A DNA stretch of 64,000 nucleotides from Lytechinus pictus (lineage: Eukaryota): NCBI RefSeq assembly GCF_037042905.1, contig NC_087256.1, forward strand, positions 5,022,001 through 5,086,000, given 5' to 3'. Made by a program: the position numbers and the translations under genes. This document shows positions 51,701-64,000 of the stretch, in pieces. The notes beneath the pieces are model-generated. The model did no database searches. It worked only from the letters and a program-made list of their open reading frames with translations, and was not told where the DNA came from. Position 1 is the stretch's first letter, and each line of letters opens with the position of its first letter.

Positions 51701-52868
51701 AATTTTCGTGTTACGGTGCCCTGGTCTCACAACGTTTGTCAACAGACTGAAGAGCAATCGGTAGCTTTAAAACCATTAAATAAAAACGCAGTGCTTCGAA
51801 TATATTGTTTTATATTTCCTTCAGGAATGGATCCCGCGGGTCCAGAGTTTGGTGGTGATCTCGACAACGCCTGTCGACTAGATCGATCAGACGCCCTCTT
51901 CGTCGATGCTATGCACACTGACGGTGAAATCCTTCTTGGAGGTGGAGCAGGGCTCATGGATGAGGTATACAGCAAGTTAAAGACGTTTAGAAGATAGATT
52001 GTGAGATATAATTTGACTAAAAAATTGACACAGCGATTTAGAGGCTTGATTGTTTTTGTTCAATTGAATTGGAGGTATTTGCGGTAGAAAATCCAGTGAT
52101 TAGACATTGAAGTCTTCGTTATGATTTGGTCTCATATCTTTATTTGTACACTAATTAAAAAGTATTGCATATTACATACATCAAGGATAAATCCAAATTA
52201 TATTGAAAATTACCTTTTCTTTTCAGACGCTCAAAATTGCCCAGAATAATCCATAGTAAAATTATTCATATTTTAACATTTTATTGATAAGTCTCTCTAT
52301 CCATCCACTTCGTTTGGTTCAGGATAATATAGGTGGATGGTTAAATTGATTAGTGTTATTTTTTAGCTTGCTTTCATACTTTTCATAAAAAACAGGTTCC
52401 AAAACCATCAATAATTTGTCATTGGTTATAATGTAATAGTTCTTGTCGGTATGGAGTCGGCTTTTCGGTGTAACTGCAGTTTAATAAAGTTGAACATGAT
52501 AACATAATACCTTTAGAATGTTGACTTCAGTTTTAAATGAAATTTGTGGTCTACGTCGATTGACTCCTTCACAGCTTGGACACCAAGACTTCTACCCAAA
52601 CGGTGGGATGGACATGCCCGGTTGCCCTGTTCTTTCTGCCTCCTGCGATCACAGCCGAGCCGTCGAATACTACATCGAGAGCATCTGGTCATCGTGTTCG
52701 TTCAGCTCTTCGAGGACCGCGTCGACGTGGGACGACATCGACGATGGGAGATGGACACCATGCAGTAGCTGGAGCTGCCCCCAGATGGGGTACCACGCTG
52801 ACCTCAACAAAGGAACAGGGGCTTACTACCTCGAGACCAACGGGGACAGTCCTTACTGCCAGGGGTAA
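48689..52868 (+). CDS. Pancreatic lipase-related protein, paralogue C (spliced; exons 48689-48749, 49638-49912, 50956-51187, 51825-51964, 52575-52868; 333 aa)
   Basis: Signal peptide MDFPTHILLVFSSLLFMLLGVSC; same motifs and intron positions as B; continuous 1002-nt frame. Confidence 0.95.
49638..49912 (+). CDS. Lipase C exon 2
   Basis: VSCRVCYDDLGCF...FTLYTRQN...TKLIVHGWTDS...ALLDN|GTAAG. Confidence 0.94.
50956..51187 (+). CDS. Lipase C exon 3 (GHSLG)
   Basis: YDVNVVMVDW...GHSLGAHIGGYAG; TTTTCAG acceptor. Confidence 0.95.
51825..51964 (+). CDS. Lipase C exon 4 (MDPAGP)
   Basis: GMDPAGPEF...LDRSDALFVDAMHTDG. Confidence 0.95.
52575..52868 (+). CDS. Lipase C exon 5 (lid, catalytic His, stop)
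   Basis: LGHQDFYPNGGMDMPGCPVLSASCDHSRAV...SPYCQG*. Confidence 0.95.
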   Translation, partial: LGHQDFYPNGGMDMPGCPVLSASCDHSRAVEYYIESIWSSCSFSSSRTASTWDDIDDGRWTPCSSWSCPQMGYHADLNKGTGAYYLETNGDSPYCQG

Positions 52869-54988
52869 AGGGATCGACGACAAGAAAGAGGGTACACTAT
52901 TATTGCAAGGAATTAAAACAAATTCACATCGGCTGTGAATAGTGACCAGGGCCCGTTGCATAAAAGTTATCATTATGGTACCTTTGCCATGCAGTGGTAT
53001 CTTGCGTGGAATCCTTGGTTTTAACTGGCTGTAGATCATCGTTACCATGGTATTTACCATTTGATGGCAAAGATACCATAACATTAATTTATTTAATTCG
53101 ACGATTGTTGCCCAGGAGACCAGCCGAAGTTTGGATTTCTTTTTAATCCTAAGGATTAACATTGAAAAATGTTGTTTAGCTTTAATTTCAAATCCTAAAG
53201 GATTAAATTGATTTTAAAGGTCTGATCTCGAGTGTATACTCGTGATATAGGCTGCTCTCACAATATCGGCTGCGAGTCAAATCAACAAAGGAACAGGGGC
53301 AAAATGGGAAGTGCATTGGTTATACACGTTTTAAGGGAGGTAAGAGGATTGATAGGGGAAGGGAGTGGGCCGCCCTCAAAATGGGCTGGTAAAATAGGGA
53401 AGCAAAGGGTTAAAAAAGGGGCCTATATAGGTACAATATTTAAATGGTATGTAACAAGGGAGCACTTCATTACCATTCATCGTCCGATAACTCGTCAGAT
53501 CTTATAAATTTCCTTGATTTTGGCTGAGAAGCACTGTTTCTATATTATGCTAAGTGTCGGATAAGACAGGACTTGACGGATGTCTACAAGTCCTTTTATG
53601 AAATTAACAAGCCCCTCCCCCAAAAAACAAACAAACAAACAAGGGGGCCTCACTCCCAATTAATGGTGATTTATGTTGGGAAAATTTTAACAAAAAAACA
53701 TGTACTTGCGTATGCCATGCAGGATATTCCCTTAACAAATATTTGTTTGTGGCTGTCAAGGGGGGGGGCATGGGTCGGATGTGCCCCTGCTTGGATCCCG
53801 GGGTACAGTTCGAATCTTAAAAGTAGATGTAATATGAAGTGTATATAGTTATAAATAGTTATAATGAGAATATGATACGGTGTAGCGATTACACAGTTGC
53901 GTGAACTGTATGATTATATTTCATGGTTAAACAGAACTCATCTCTATATTTTCGGTGTGAATTTGAATGGGTTGAATCTGATGATGCTATAATGCTTCAT
54001 TGTAACTCAAAAAAGTTGGAACAATGAGTTGGTTGAAAAATTCGATATCACGCGTATTTTTTTTCCTTCATTCTTTCTTTTTAAACTTTCATTTTTGTCT
54101 GGGATTATACTCTTGAATATTATTTGCGATTTTATGCAATCATTAGGTGACATCTGATTCCAGTTTTACATTTATCTACTGTATATCAGAAGGATAATGA
54201 ATTGTTATTTCTAAAGGAAATTTTCCAGACACAATAATACAATTAAATTTCTTTATTGTTGAACACAAAGCAGTTAACAGAAAACCAGGCTCATAAATTC
54301 AAATTAAAATTCAATTAGGTTTTATTAAACAATACTCCTCAAAAAGTCCGAAGACTAACAATGTGAGTTTACATTTTTTTTTTATACATAACAGAGAAAT
54401 AAATAAATACATAACATGATGTATATAGTATAGCGAAGCAAAACAAAATATGATTTGATATTTTCATTTCTATGATTTTGTGTAGCGACCTGTCTTCCTT
54501 CAAAATCAAAATGATAATGTGGATTAGGCATACAATTGGACGCTGGCGTTTGATGTAATAGGAATGCAAAATTGGATGACAGAAAAATATTACATTTTAT
54601 CATGATGTTACAATATTTTATTTCGTTGATATTATTTTTTTGCTAAGTGCAAGAGAAGAGAGAAAGAGAGTCAAAAGATGTCTCAGAGGAGAATAGAGAT
54701 CAGGAGTGTTGATTTTGAGTCGATTTTAAGATAAAAGAAACAGAGGAAATGAGGACAGTGGAGACAAGGCTCTTGCCTGTGAAAAAAAGGTAAACAAAAT
54801 TATGTGAGGTATAAAGATAGAGAGGAAAGGAAAAATTTTCACTGATATTTTTAGTTCTCAAAACATTACCCCACCAAATGATGTATCCTCGCCCACACAC
54901 ATTTCAAACACCTAAGCTGACTACCTCTTCGACAACTGCATCCCCACAAACAAACAAACACACACTTCTTAGATGAAGCATAGAGCTA

Positions 54989-56884
54989 CACTACTCAAAA
55001 AAAGTTAAGGACCACTTTTTAAAACGTACATAAAGATTTTATACAAGGTGTTTTATTTCTGGAAATACCTCAGTACAACTGTCCTAAATGTCCTTAAACA
55101 CGCTGTAATCAATTTCACGCATGGGTGGTTTCAGTTGTTGCACAATGTCTCTCGCATCACTGCACATCCTGAAAAGTGGGCCCCGAGGGGTATCAGCTAC
55201 CGACATGAAGTGGTAAAAACGAATGTCTGAGTGTCTTTCAGGCAGTTCAGTAACGAGTGTGACCACCTCCTGCAGCAATAACGGCTTCACAGCGCTGTCT
55301 CATGGAGCTGATGAGGCGATTGATGTCTCTGACGTCCAGTGCATCCCATGCAGCCTCCAGAGCCACACCCAGCTGCTGCAGTCAAAGTGGATGGGCTTCG
55401 AGCTGCTCGAGACTCCTCCCCATCATGTCCCAGACGTGCTCTATCGGGTTTAAGTCCGGGGACCTCGCTGGCCACTCCATACGCTCAATCCCCTGGCCCT
55501 CAAGGAACTCGGTCACCACCCTAGCTCGGTGGGCACGGGCATTGTCATCCATGAAAATGATGTTTTGTCCCACATTTTCTGCAAATGGCACCACTATAGG
55601 TTCAAGGACCTCATCCCTGTACCTCACTCCTGTCATTGCTCCCCCTGGGACCACGTAGAGACGAGTACGGTTGGCGTAGGTGATGCCTCCCCACACCATG
55701 ACGCTGCCTCCCCCATAACGGTCATGTTCTGCAATACAGGGGTCTGCAAATCTCTCTCCTGGTCGCCTCCAGACTCTCGAACGTCCATCATTGTGGTCAA
55801 GGGAAAATCTGCTCTCATCTGTGAACAGAACTCTACGCCATTGCTGTCTGGTCCATCTGACATGCTCCCGGGCCCAGTTGAGACGAATTCTTCTGTGAGC
55901 AGGGGTGAGTGGGACACACTGAGCTGGCCGTCTGGCATGCATATTGGCTCTGTGAAGTCGGTTACGGATTGTTTGAGTGGAAACAATCACTCCAGTTGCT
56001 GCAGCGAAGTCATTGTTGAGGCGGCGTGCACTGTGAAAGCGGTTGCGGAGGCTGAGATTCGTCAAGTAGCGATCATCTCTAGGGGTTGTCGAAACTGGTC
56101 GGCCACTGCGGGGTCTCTCGGAGTATAGCCCTGTCTCTCGGTGTCTTTGATTTGCTCTGCTAATGACACTGTGTGACACGCCCATCATTCTGGCTACTCT
56201 TCGCTGACTGAGGCCAGCTTCCAGCATCCCTAGGGCTCTGGCTACATCTGTTTCACTTAGGTGGTGTCTTGGCATTGCTGTTGTAGGCAAGTTGTTGATT
56301 GTACAGACTAAAGACGGAAAATGCTTTGGAAGACACTTGTCTTATGGCCCACTGCAATGATGCCAGAGACATCATGAAAGAACTGCATGTGTGAAATTGA
56401 TGTCATTGTGTTTGATGGCATTCTGGACAGCTGTATCTTGGCATTGCTATTGTCAGCAAGTTGTTGATTGTAGAGACTAAAGACAGAAAATGCTTTGGAA
56501 GCCACTTTTGTACGGGCACATTGCAATGATGCAAGAGACATGAAAGAACTGCATGTGTGAAATTGATTTCATTGTGTTTGATGGCATCCTGGACAGCTGT
56601 ATCTTGGCATTGCTGTTGTCAGCAATTTGTTGATTGTAGAGACTAAAGACAGAAAATGCATTTGAATCCACATTTGTACCACTTCACAATGGGCCCACTT
56701 TTCAGGATATGCAATAATGCGAGAGACATCATGCAACAACTGAAACCACCCATGTGTGAAATTGTTACAGGGTGTTTGAGGAGATTCAAGACAGCCATAT
56801 TCGGGTATTTCTAGAAATACAACACCCGGTTTGAAAATTGTATACACACATTAAAAAGTGGTCCTTAACTTTTTTTGAGTAGTG
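54989..56884 (-). mobile_element. Full-length Tc1-family DNA transposon (DD34E)
   Basis: Perfect 34-bp terminal IR CACTACTCAAAAAAAGTTAAGGACCACTTTTTAA within ~200-bp imperfect TIRs; TA duplication at 54987-88 and 56885-86; internal transposase. Confidence 0.97.
55247..56275 (-). pseudogene. Tc1 transposase with one in-frame TGA at 55382-55384
   Basis: HTH, RSGRP, FTDES, VMVWG and DDNA-...-SPDLNPIE (34-aa D-to-E spacing); after the stop the frame continues LQQLGVALEAAW...LISSMRQRCEAVIAAGGGHTRY*. Confidence 0.93.
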
Positions 56885-57936
56885 TATTACAGATAATAGC
56901 TCTATGGATGAAGTACCCATACCATGGAGCTACTAGCATCGGCCAGTACATAAAAGTTATTATTATAGTATCTTTGTCATCCCGGTTTGTAATTCAATGG
57001 CATCCGCTATAATAGCATCCTTGAATTTGACTAGCTATTGAGCTGAGCATTAATGTTATCACGAATGTTACCATTGGATGGCAGAGTTACTAGACCCGGC
57101 TGAATATTATCCCCGACACATCTATCTACAGCACTCATTCCGCCTGCTGTTCATACAGGATTCACATGAATACATTGAACTCCGTACTTAAAATATTTTG
57201 TTTACTCAAAACATGTAAGCGGATTAAAACAAATTCTTTAAAGACTGGAAAGATATTGTCATTCTCTGGGTGCGGTTTCCATTTAATGAGCTTATGAAAA
57301 TTGCTTATGAATGACGTCATGCGTTTATGGGTTTTACACACTCTACAATTCACTCATATTGGATTGCGCATTCAAGCAAAAAAGTTTCTTTCATAGTTAT
57401 TTTTTCACAACAATACGTAGTTACATCGTTTTGCTGTGAACATCGAGAAAAGAGGCGCAGGGACGAAGAGAGACTGAAAGACATATAGAAATGGGAAAAA
57501 GAGGAGGGGAAAGGGATATAGAGAAAGAAATGAGGAAAGAGGGAGGGGGAGTTTGAGAGAGAGATGTAGACGAGGAAAGGGTCGAGTATGAAGACGCTGT
57601 AGTGTAAACAATGCGATTGGGGTTATGCTAATTGTAGTTTGCGGGTAGTTTGATCTTCTCTCTTATATTCCCGTTGACACCCTTTTGTTTAAAGCATATT
57701 TAAACGAGATTGAATATTCAAGAAACAATTTACCCCCCCCTCTCTCTCTCCCCCTCGTCCTTCTTTCTTTCCCGCATATATCAATCATGCCCATTTCCTC
57801 TCGTTCTGCGTCTTACCACGTACCTCTTTGAGAATCAAGTTTTTTCAACAGTCATTGAAATTACTTTCTAATCTTCTTTATTATTTTAATGATAGCAGTA
57901 ACACCGTGCAATGTCTTAATTGCCAATATTATCAAC

Positions 57937-58235
57937 AGGGCATTTTTGTAATCACTACATAGGCGCTTTCTATAACGCAGAAAATTTTTTGTCAAAAGCC
58001 CTTCAATGAAAAAAAACAGCCTTTGTCGAAAAATTGTTGAATCAAAACAGTAGTGTCGTTCTGGACTCTAGACACAAGAAATAATTTGACATTTTTTCGT
58101 CCAATCTGAATCTGCTGTCCCAGTGCACCATCTTTTGACAAAAACCTCTCAGCTGTCCATTGTGATCTGACTTGCATTTTCAAAGGAATTGGTGCGTTGT
58201 AGAAAGCGTCTGCGTATTGATTGCAAAAACTCCCG
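57937..58235. mobile_element. Palindromic MITE
   Basis: TTTTTGTAATCA..GCGCTTTCTATAACGCA inverted against TGCGTTGTAGAAAGCG..TGATTGCAAAAA. Confidence 0.6.
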
Positions 58236-60186
58236 TATATACGGATACAACACTGTAAAGAAAAAATTATTTTTGCTTAATCAAATTGTGTTCCTTAACA
58301 GTTTCTCTCGACTGAATTTGATTCAACTGAGTGAATGATCACATGGAACGAAAAGGGAAGGTGCATTCAACATACATGCAAATGTTTATGTAATTAGCAT
58401 GGTTTCTTAATGTGATTTTAATTTGCTTAAAATGCAGGCTCTGCATGAAATTGTTAAATGGAACATTGAAACATTTATTAAGGCAATCATTCATTCGGGG
58501 CGAGGAAAAGAACAAATAAGTATGAAAAAAAAACTTTCTTAGGGCCTATGTAGATTAAGAACGCTTTTTAGACAGTATTTAACTATGCGACGAAACATAG
58601 AATGTACAAACATAGTTCAACCAAAGAATATCAACTTACAAAAAGAAAAATAGACAAAAGTACACATGCATTAATGCTCAAGAACTACCCAAATGAATAT
58701 TATGAATATGACACGAACACAGAACGCTAAATTATTAACAGAACTCCCTGCATCAGGAGTGAAGAAAACATGCATTTGGGAATCTGTAAAACTAACAAAA
58801 CGAATGTGCACAATGTACTTCATCAATATTAAATCCATAATGATAATTGGAATGCATGCGTGTACGTCATAAAATTACCTAAAAACCAAAAATATCCACA
58901 AACATCATTTACTCTTCGCATACGTGCAAAAATTAGGAAGCGGAGAAAACGATCCTTAAAAAAAGCCGGCGGTATTGACGAATGGCGTATAGCCTGTGCA
59001 GACTAATTAAGCATAAACCTCATTACACATTTAACGTACAAAATTGTGCATGTATAGCACATATCATCATATCGAATTGAATAAATATCCTTTCTTTTGA
59101 CCAGCTATAGACTCAGTTAAGATGAAATGGCTGAACTAAATATCATTCTATACCACACAATAATTTTATTTCTTTCCCCCTTATCTTTGGCTCTTCCAAT
59201 GTAGTCTGATTTGTGTGTGTGTCCCATATCCTTGTTTTTTTCTTAATATTTTGAAAGAACCTGCAGACTTACAAGCTCTGCTTATTATGCAAGTTCCTCC
59301 ATTTTTACCACTTATTTTATTAATATCACTATGTGCTATCACTAAATTATTTTGCCACACTGCATTCTGAATTATTATAATCAAATGTATTGTCTTGTAT
59401 TGTGTTGATATTTTGTTACTTACTTTGTGAAATATGAAAATAAATTCAATCAATCAATCAATATTATATCAAAAGGGAGCAAGCGAGTTGAATGTCCGTA
59501 TAGTGCCCATTAACCGTGGATTGACACGACATTTGCTCTTGCGACATTTACTCCTGTGAGTCCTGTCTTAATATCTCAGAGGACAAATGGTTAGACATTT
59601 TAGAGGTAGGGTCGTAATAGGGTTTTAGGTTCAGATTAATGTTAACATAAGGATTACGGCTTATTTAGTTTTGGAGGTTCGAATTTCATCGGAGCAATTG
59701 TCGAAGGAGCAAATGCCATGGAATCAACCGAGGAAATAAGGGATTGTTGGTTTGCTAGTAGGTCCATGTTCAAACATTCAGTTAAGATGGCAATATGATC
59801 ATCAAGAAAACTCCAACAAAACTTTGAAAAAAATCTTATGTTTTGATATTTGCATATAATATACCAAACGAGAAAAATACAAGGGAAAATGTTTTCTTAT
59901 TTTATCTGTGGATTATGATAATATTCATCCATAATTGTACCAAAAAATATGTCACCATGTATAAGTAAATGTAATACTATTATCTGAATAAAGGCGAAAA
60001 AGCAACCAAAAAAATACTTGACAAATCAACAGACGGGGATTTGTAGTAGTCTGCTCTGCAAACTCTTCGTTCGAGTTAAGGGTCTGAAAGTGCAGCCTAT
60101 TCATGTCTTTTGTACTGAAGGCACTCTCGCTCAGCAAGATTCGTACGTGCTAGTCTTTGCGTGGAGACCCACTCTGTGCCTGCAGA

Positions 60187-63050
60187 CTAGAATGATAGTG
60201 ATCTATCGATGGAAGACAAGACTGTCGTGAGTGGTGTCTTCTTGTAGACTCGGATGTCGCAGCCGTTGCGGATCGCGAGTAGGTTGCCTTTGGTCACAAT
60301 TGGTTCGGAAAACATTCCTAAATGAAGAAAGATACAGGAATAAATCAGGACAAGGGGAGAGCTTACGGGACTTTCAAGAAAATTGTTAAAAGTCAAGTCC
60401 ACCTAAGAAAATGTTGATGGGAAAAAATAAAGAAAAATCAAACTAGCATAACGCTGAAAATTTCATCAAAATCGGATGTAAATTAAGAAAGTTAAGACAT
60501 TTTAAAGTTTCGCTTATATTCACAAAACAGTGATATGCACAGCTCAGTGACAAGCAAATGAGACAGTCGATGATGTCCCTCATTCACTATTTCTTTCGTT
60601 TCTTATTGTTTGAATTATACAATATTTCATTTTTTACAGATTTGAAAATAAGGACCAACTTGACTGAACTATATAGTATTAAACAATGCTAATTCCACAT
60701 GTTCAGGGAGGAATTAATCGTTGTTTCACTTGACAATGAGGAGAAAATTTAAATATTTTATATGTCGTATAATAAAATACAAAAGTAATGGTGAGTGGAT
60801 GACGTCATCAGTCTCCTCATTTGCATACTGACCGAAATGTGTATATCACTGTTTTGTGAAATTAAGTCAACGTTTAAAATGTCATAACTTTCTTATTTTA
60901 TATCCGATTTTGATGAAATTTTCAGCGTTATGCTCGTTGGATTTTTCTCTTTTTATTCAAATTTTTGTTGGGGTGGACTTGTCCTTTGACTATTGTTCAT
61001 GATTATTACACTATCATCTTCTGTCTATACTATAGGTTGGTAGGTTGATAAACCGTTGATTGTAAATCCAGCCAATCAATCATGATTGTAAAACTTTCTC
61101 TGGGACAATTGCCACCACGTTTTAACCCTACTTTCCCTCTGTTTTCACGCATATCATGTTTAAGAATGATACTATGAATACTTTTCTTAACTTTCTAAGT
61201 CATAAGTTTTATATTTATTTCATCTAAGTAATTTTTAACGTATAAAATTTTCCATTGATCTGAATACAACTGATTCCATCGAAAGCGATGTTCTGTTACA
61301 AATCAAAAGAAAAAAATTATACTCAAAAGTAACGAAGTAGGTCAAAACTGTAAAAAATAATTAAAAAAAAGAATTATTTACATTACAGCTTACCGTTTGC
61401 TTTGTATTCCACAACACCTCTCCTTCTGATGGTCCCATTCAGCGTAACCTCATCGATTCTTACGAACTCGCTTCCTTCTGACTGGTAGCTCACATACAGG
61501 ATGTCTTCAAGTGGGTCGGTTCCACAAAGAGCAAAGCCCCATTCCTTGTCGCAGATTGTAGCATCTACTGTACCGTATTCGTTGATTACACTGAATTCTG
61601 CTTGGCCAGTGGCAACGACGAACTTCTCGCCAGATGTTGCGTGTAGCATACCTCTAATCTTCTTACCCTTTATTTCGATCGTCTTTCCTTTTAATCCTTG
61701 CCTTAGGTCAGTCCCAGATGGGTCTAAAAAGTCTTTGACTTTGACGATACTGTTGGAACCATCAAAAGCAACCATAATGACGCCTTTCTTATTCACTGCT
61801 GCGTAGACTGCATTAGGATGATCTGTCTTGTGATCCAACACTAAGGTTGTCTTGGTTGATGATTCCCCTTGTAGATTAAGTTGTGAGAGGTGTGTCTCAT
61901 ATTGCAACCCTACCTTTACGTTTTCACATGCTAATACAAGTTTCTCAGTCGAGACACAATCCCTGTAGTTACGCGCTCCTTGGGATATGGGTCGTGATTG
62001 GCCATTGTTCAGATCCAACGTATGGACGCACTCCGTTGTCACATCGATGTAAATTACTGTATCACTTCCAAAGGAGGAGCATAGTAACGTGTCGTGGTTC
62101 AGGGTGTGTTCCTGACTCAATGTCCAAATGTCAGAAACGAGATTACTCTCACCCAGCTTCTCTCTTCTGTTGTATACCCATACTATTTGATTTGCATAAG
62201 AGCTGAGCAGTTCGAATGCATCCTTCATCACGGTCGGAGATGGGATGCTCTGAGCAGATGCCAAATCCTTTGTTTTACTTTCAGCGACCGATGCAGATGC
62301 TGCCTTACCCTTGGCCACTGAGTGATCATGCAGAGCAGCATGAATCAAAGAAGTCTTTTCACTAATCTCACCAGTCATCCTTGACATATTTTTCTCACTG
62401 ATCTGTCGCAAATTTGACACTTTGTTGAAGATAGTGATTCTGGCGTCTTGAATACGTTTCATGTTATTACTTGCATCGATATTGTTGCAATTAATTTTCG
62501 ATTCCATCATCCTCTCAATTTCTTGTATTCTTTCTCGTGCATCATTCCTTATTCTTTGTTCCTCAAGCTGACGGGCATTGTCTACTTCGTTCTCACACTC
62601 TTCTGCTGAGTTTTCAACCAGTCGCTCGACGGTATGTAAATGTTGTTCAATTCCCCCACAACGCTGATCAAAGAACGTTTGGAATTGCAGCCATTCTTTT
62701 TCTCTGATCTTGATAGCTTTCATCTGTTCCTCGACTTCTTGTTGGCGTCTTTTCCTGACTTTCTCGAGCTCCTCTTTCTCGTGTGATGAATGTGATGTTA
62801 ATCCACACATCATACATATCTCTCGCTTGCATGTGTTGCAGAAGAGCATTACCCTTTCACTGTGATCGTCGCAATATCGGTCCTTTTGATCAGAAGAACA
62901 AGGAAAATCTGCAACTTTAACACCCTTGGTACATGAGTTACAGAGGTACATCCTTGTGTTGACTTTATATGAAAAATGGGCGCCATCATCTAGATAGTCG
63001 CCACATTTTTCGCAACTAAGCACATCAGGTTTATCAAAACCGAGCGACAT
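60187..63050 (-). CDS. RING-less TRIM-like protein: two B-box-type zinc fingers, coiled coil, C-terminal beta-propeller-like region (exons 63050-61394, 60317-60187; ~595 aa)
   Basis: CEKC...LCNSC and CDDH..R..LFCNTC..EICMMC..TSHSSH (B-box 2), then an E/Q/R/K-rich helical region and beta-rich repeats. Donor AACG|GTAAGC and acceptor TTTAG|GA join in phase 1. Confidence 0.85.
60390..60985. mobile_element. Kolobok-like MITE in the TRIM-like gene intron
   Basis: Long imperfect TIRs (CAAGTCCACC...GAAAATTTCATCAAAATCGGAT), TTAA/TTGA flanks; related decayed copy at ~13482-14100 hosts the tRNA SINE. Confidence 0.75.
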
Positions 63051-64000
63051 TTTGAATGTTAGTACTATGTGATCTACCTGATTCTGTGCCCTCCGGCGTT
63101 TCTAATTGCATTGATCATGTTGATTCAATCATTTTGAATTTAAAAAAATGTATTGTTCCCTGTCTAGTTTCGAATTCCATCGATGAAGAATCAAGAAAAG
63201 GGAAATTCCCATGACATAATAATTTTTTAGAAAAAAGAACCACCACTCCTGTTCAAAGTTCATTTTCACTGTCTACCCAGACATACAGAAGTGTTGTTCT
63301 CACGACATAATCAATCTATCTCTTGTATTCAAACTTCAAAATAGTTTGAACCACAGAAATTCATTTCGTTGGTTTGATTTTTTACTGTCTGTTCCAGGAG
63401 CGCTTTGTTTGATTGTCAGTGGTGGCTCCACACTACTTCATACCTGTTAAAAACCAATTGGATCATTATTATTGTAAATTACTGTGTCTGGTATTTCTTG
63501 ACTTGCTGATCTGCGCAAGAAGTTTTAAAATGTTTTCATATTATTTAGGGTTATTATTCAATCCCGTATCATTAATTCTATTTGACAACAATCATTCAAT
63601 TCAATTAAATTCAATTCAATTTATTTTCATTCTTCAACATAATACAAATAATTACATGATAAATCAATTCAATTCAAATAAAAGCATGAACAAAATTCAA
63701 CATTGAATAAATAATATACATATTCAATAAGTGATTCAAATATATTTAAATCAATATAATCAATATAATTAAATATAATTAAAGGGGAATCCAACCCAAA
63801 TGAAAACTTGTTTTTACAAGGAAAAGAAAAATCAGTCAAGTTGATTGGTGAAAGTTTGAACAATATTGGACAAACAACAAGAAAGTTATGAATTTTTAAA
63901 AGTATTAAATATTGGTAATCACTATACCCATGGAGACTTCAAATTGGCCGCATATGGGATGTCATAGTGATGTAAGGCAAGGACTACTCTTCCATGTACT

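Noticed and set aside
55382-55384. Selenocysteine or programmed readthrough of the transposase TGA
   Set aside because: No SECIS seen; a simple nonsense mutation in a transposon copy is far more likely.
55529-56128. 199-aa + strand ORF and similar antisense ORFs over lipase and TRIM exons
   Set aside because: Shadow frames opposite real coding sequence, with no recognisable motifs.

Overview
AT-rich, intron-rich animal genomic DNA with three N gaps. The repeat style and gene content suggest a sea urchin (inference). I assembled the spliced genes by hand from GT-AG junctions and intron phases. The window holds three pancreatic-lipase-family paralogues: A (-, 8711-21662), B (-, 28085-33612) and C (+, 48689-52868). 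All have a Ser-Asp-His triad and a mini-lid, and none has a PLAT domain. An EGF + fibrinogen-C (ficolin/FIBCD1-like) lectin gene lies between the head-to-head lipases B and C. There is also a RING-less B-box/coiled-coil/beta-propeller TRIM-like gene (-, 60187-63050) and an orphan signal-peptide first exon (-, 3625-3706) of a gene that probably leaves the window. Mobile DNA is dense: a near-intact Tc1 (DD34E), a decayed CR1/L2-type LINE, an R4/Dong-like 3' fragment inside a TAA microsatellite, two SINEs, and many MITEs with visible TSDs. The best leads are a SINE whose head looks like the 7SL RNA Alu domain, a 169-bp gene-conversion tract over the catalytic-serine exon of inverted lipases B and C, and lipase A apparently lacking its HGW oxyanion-hole segment.
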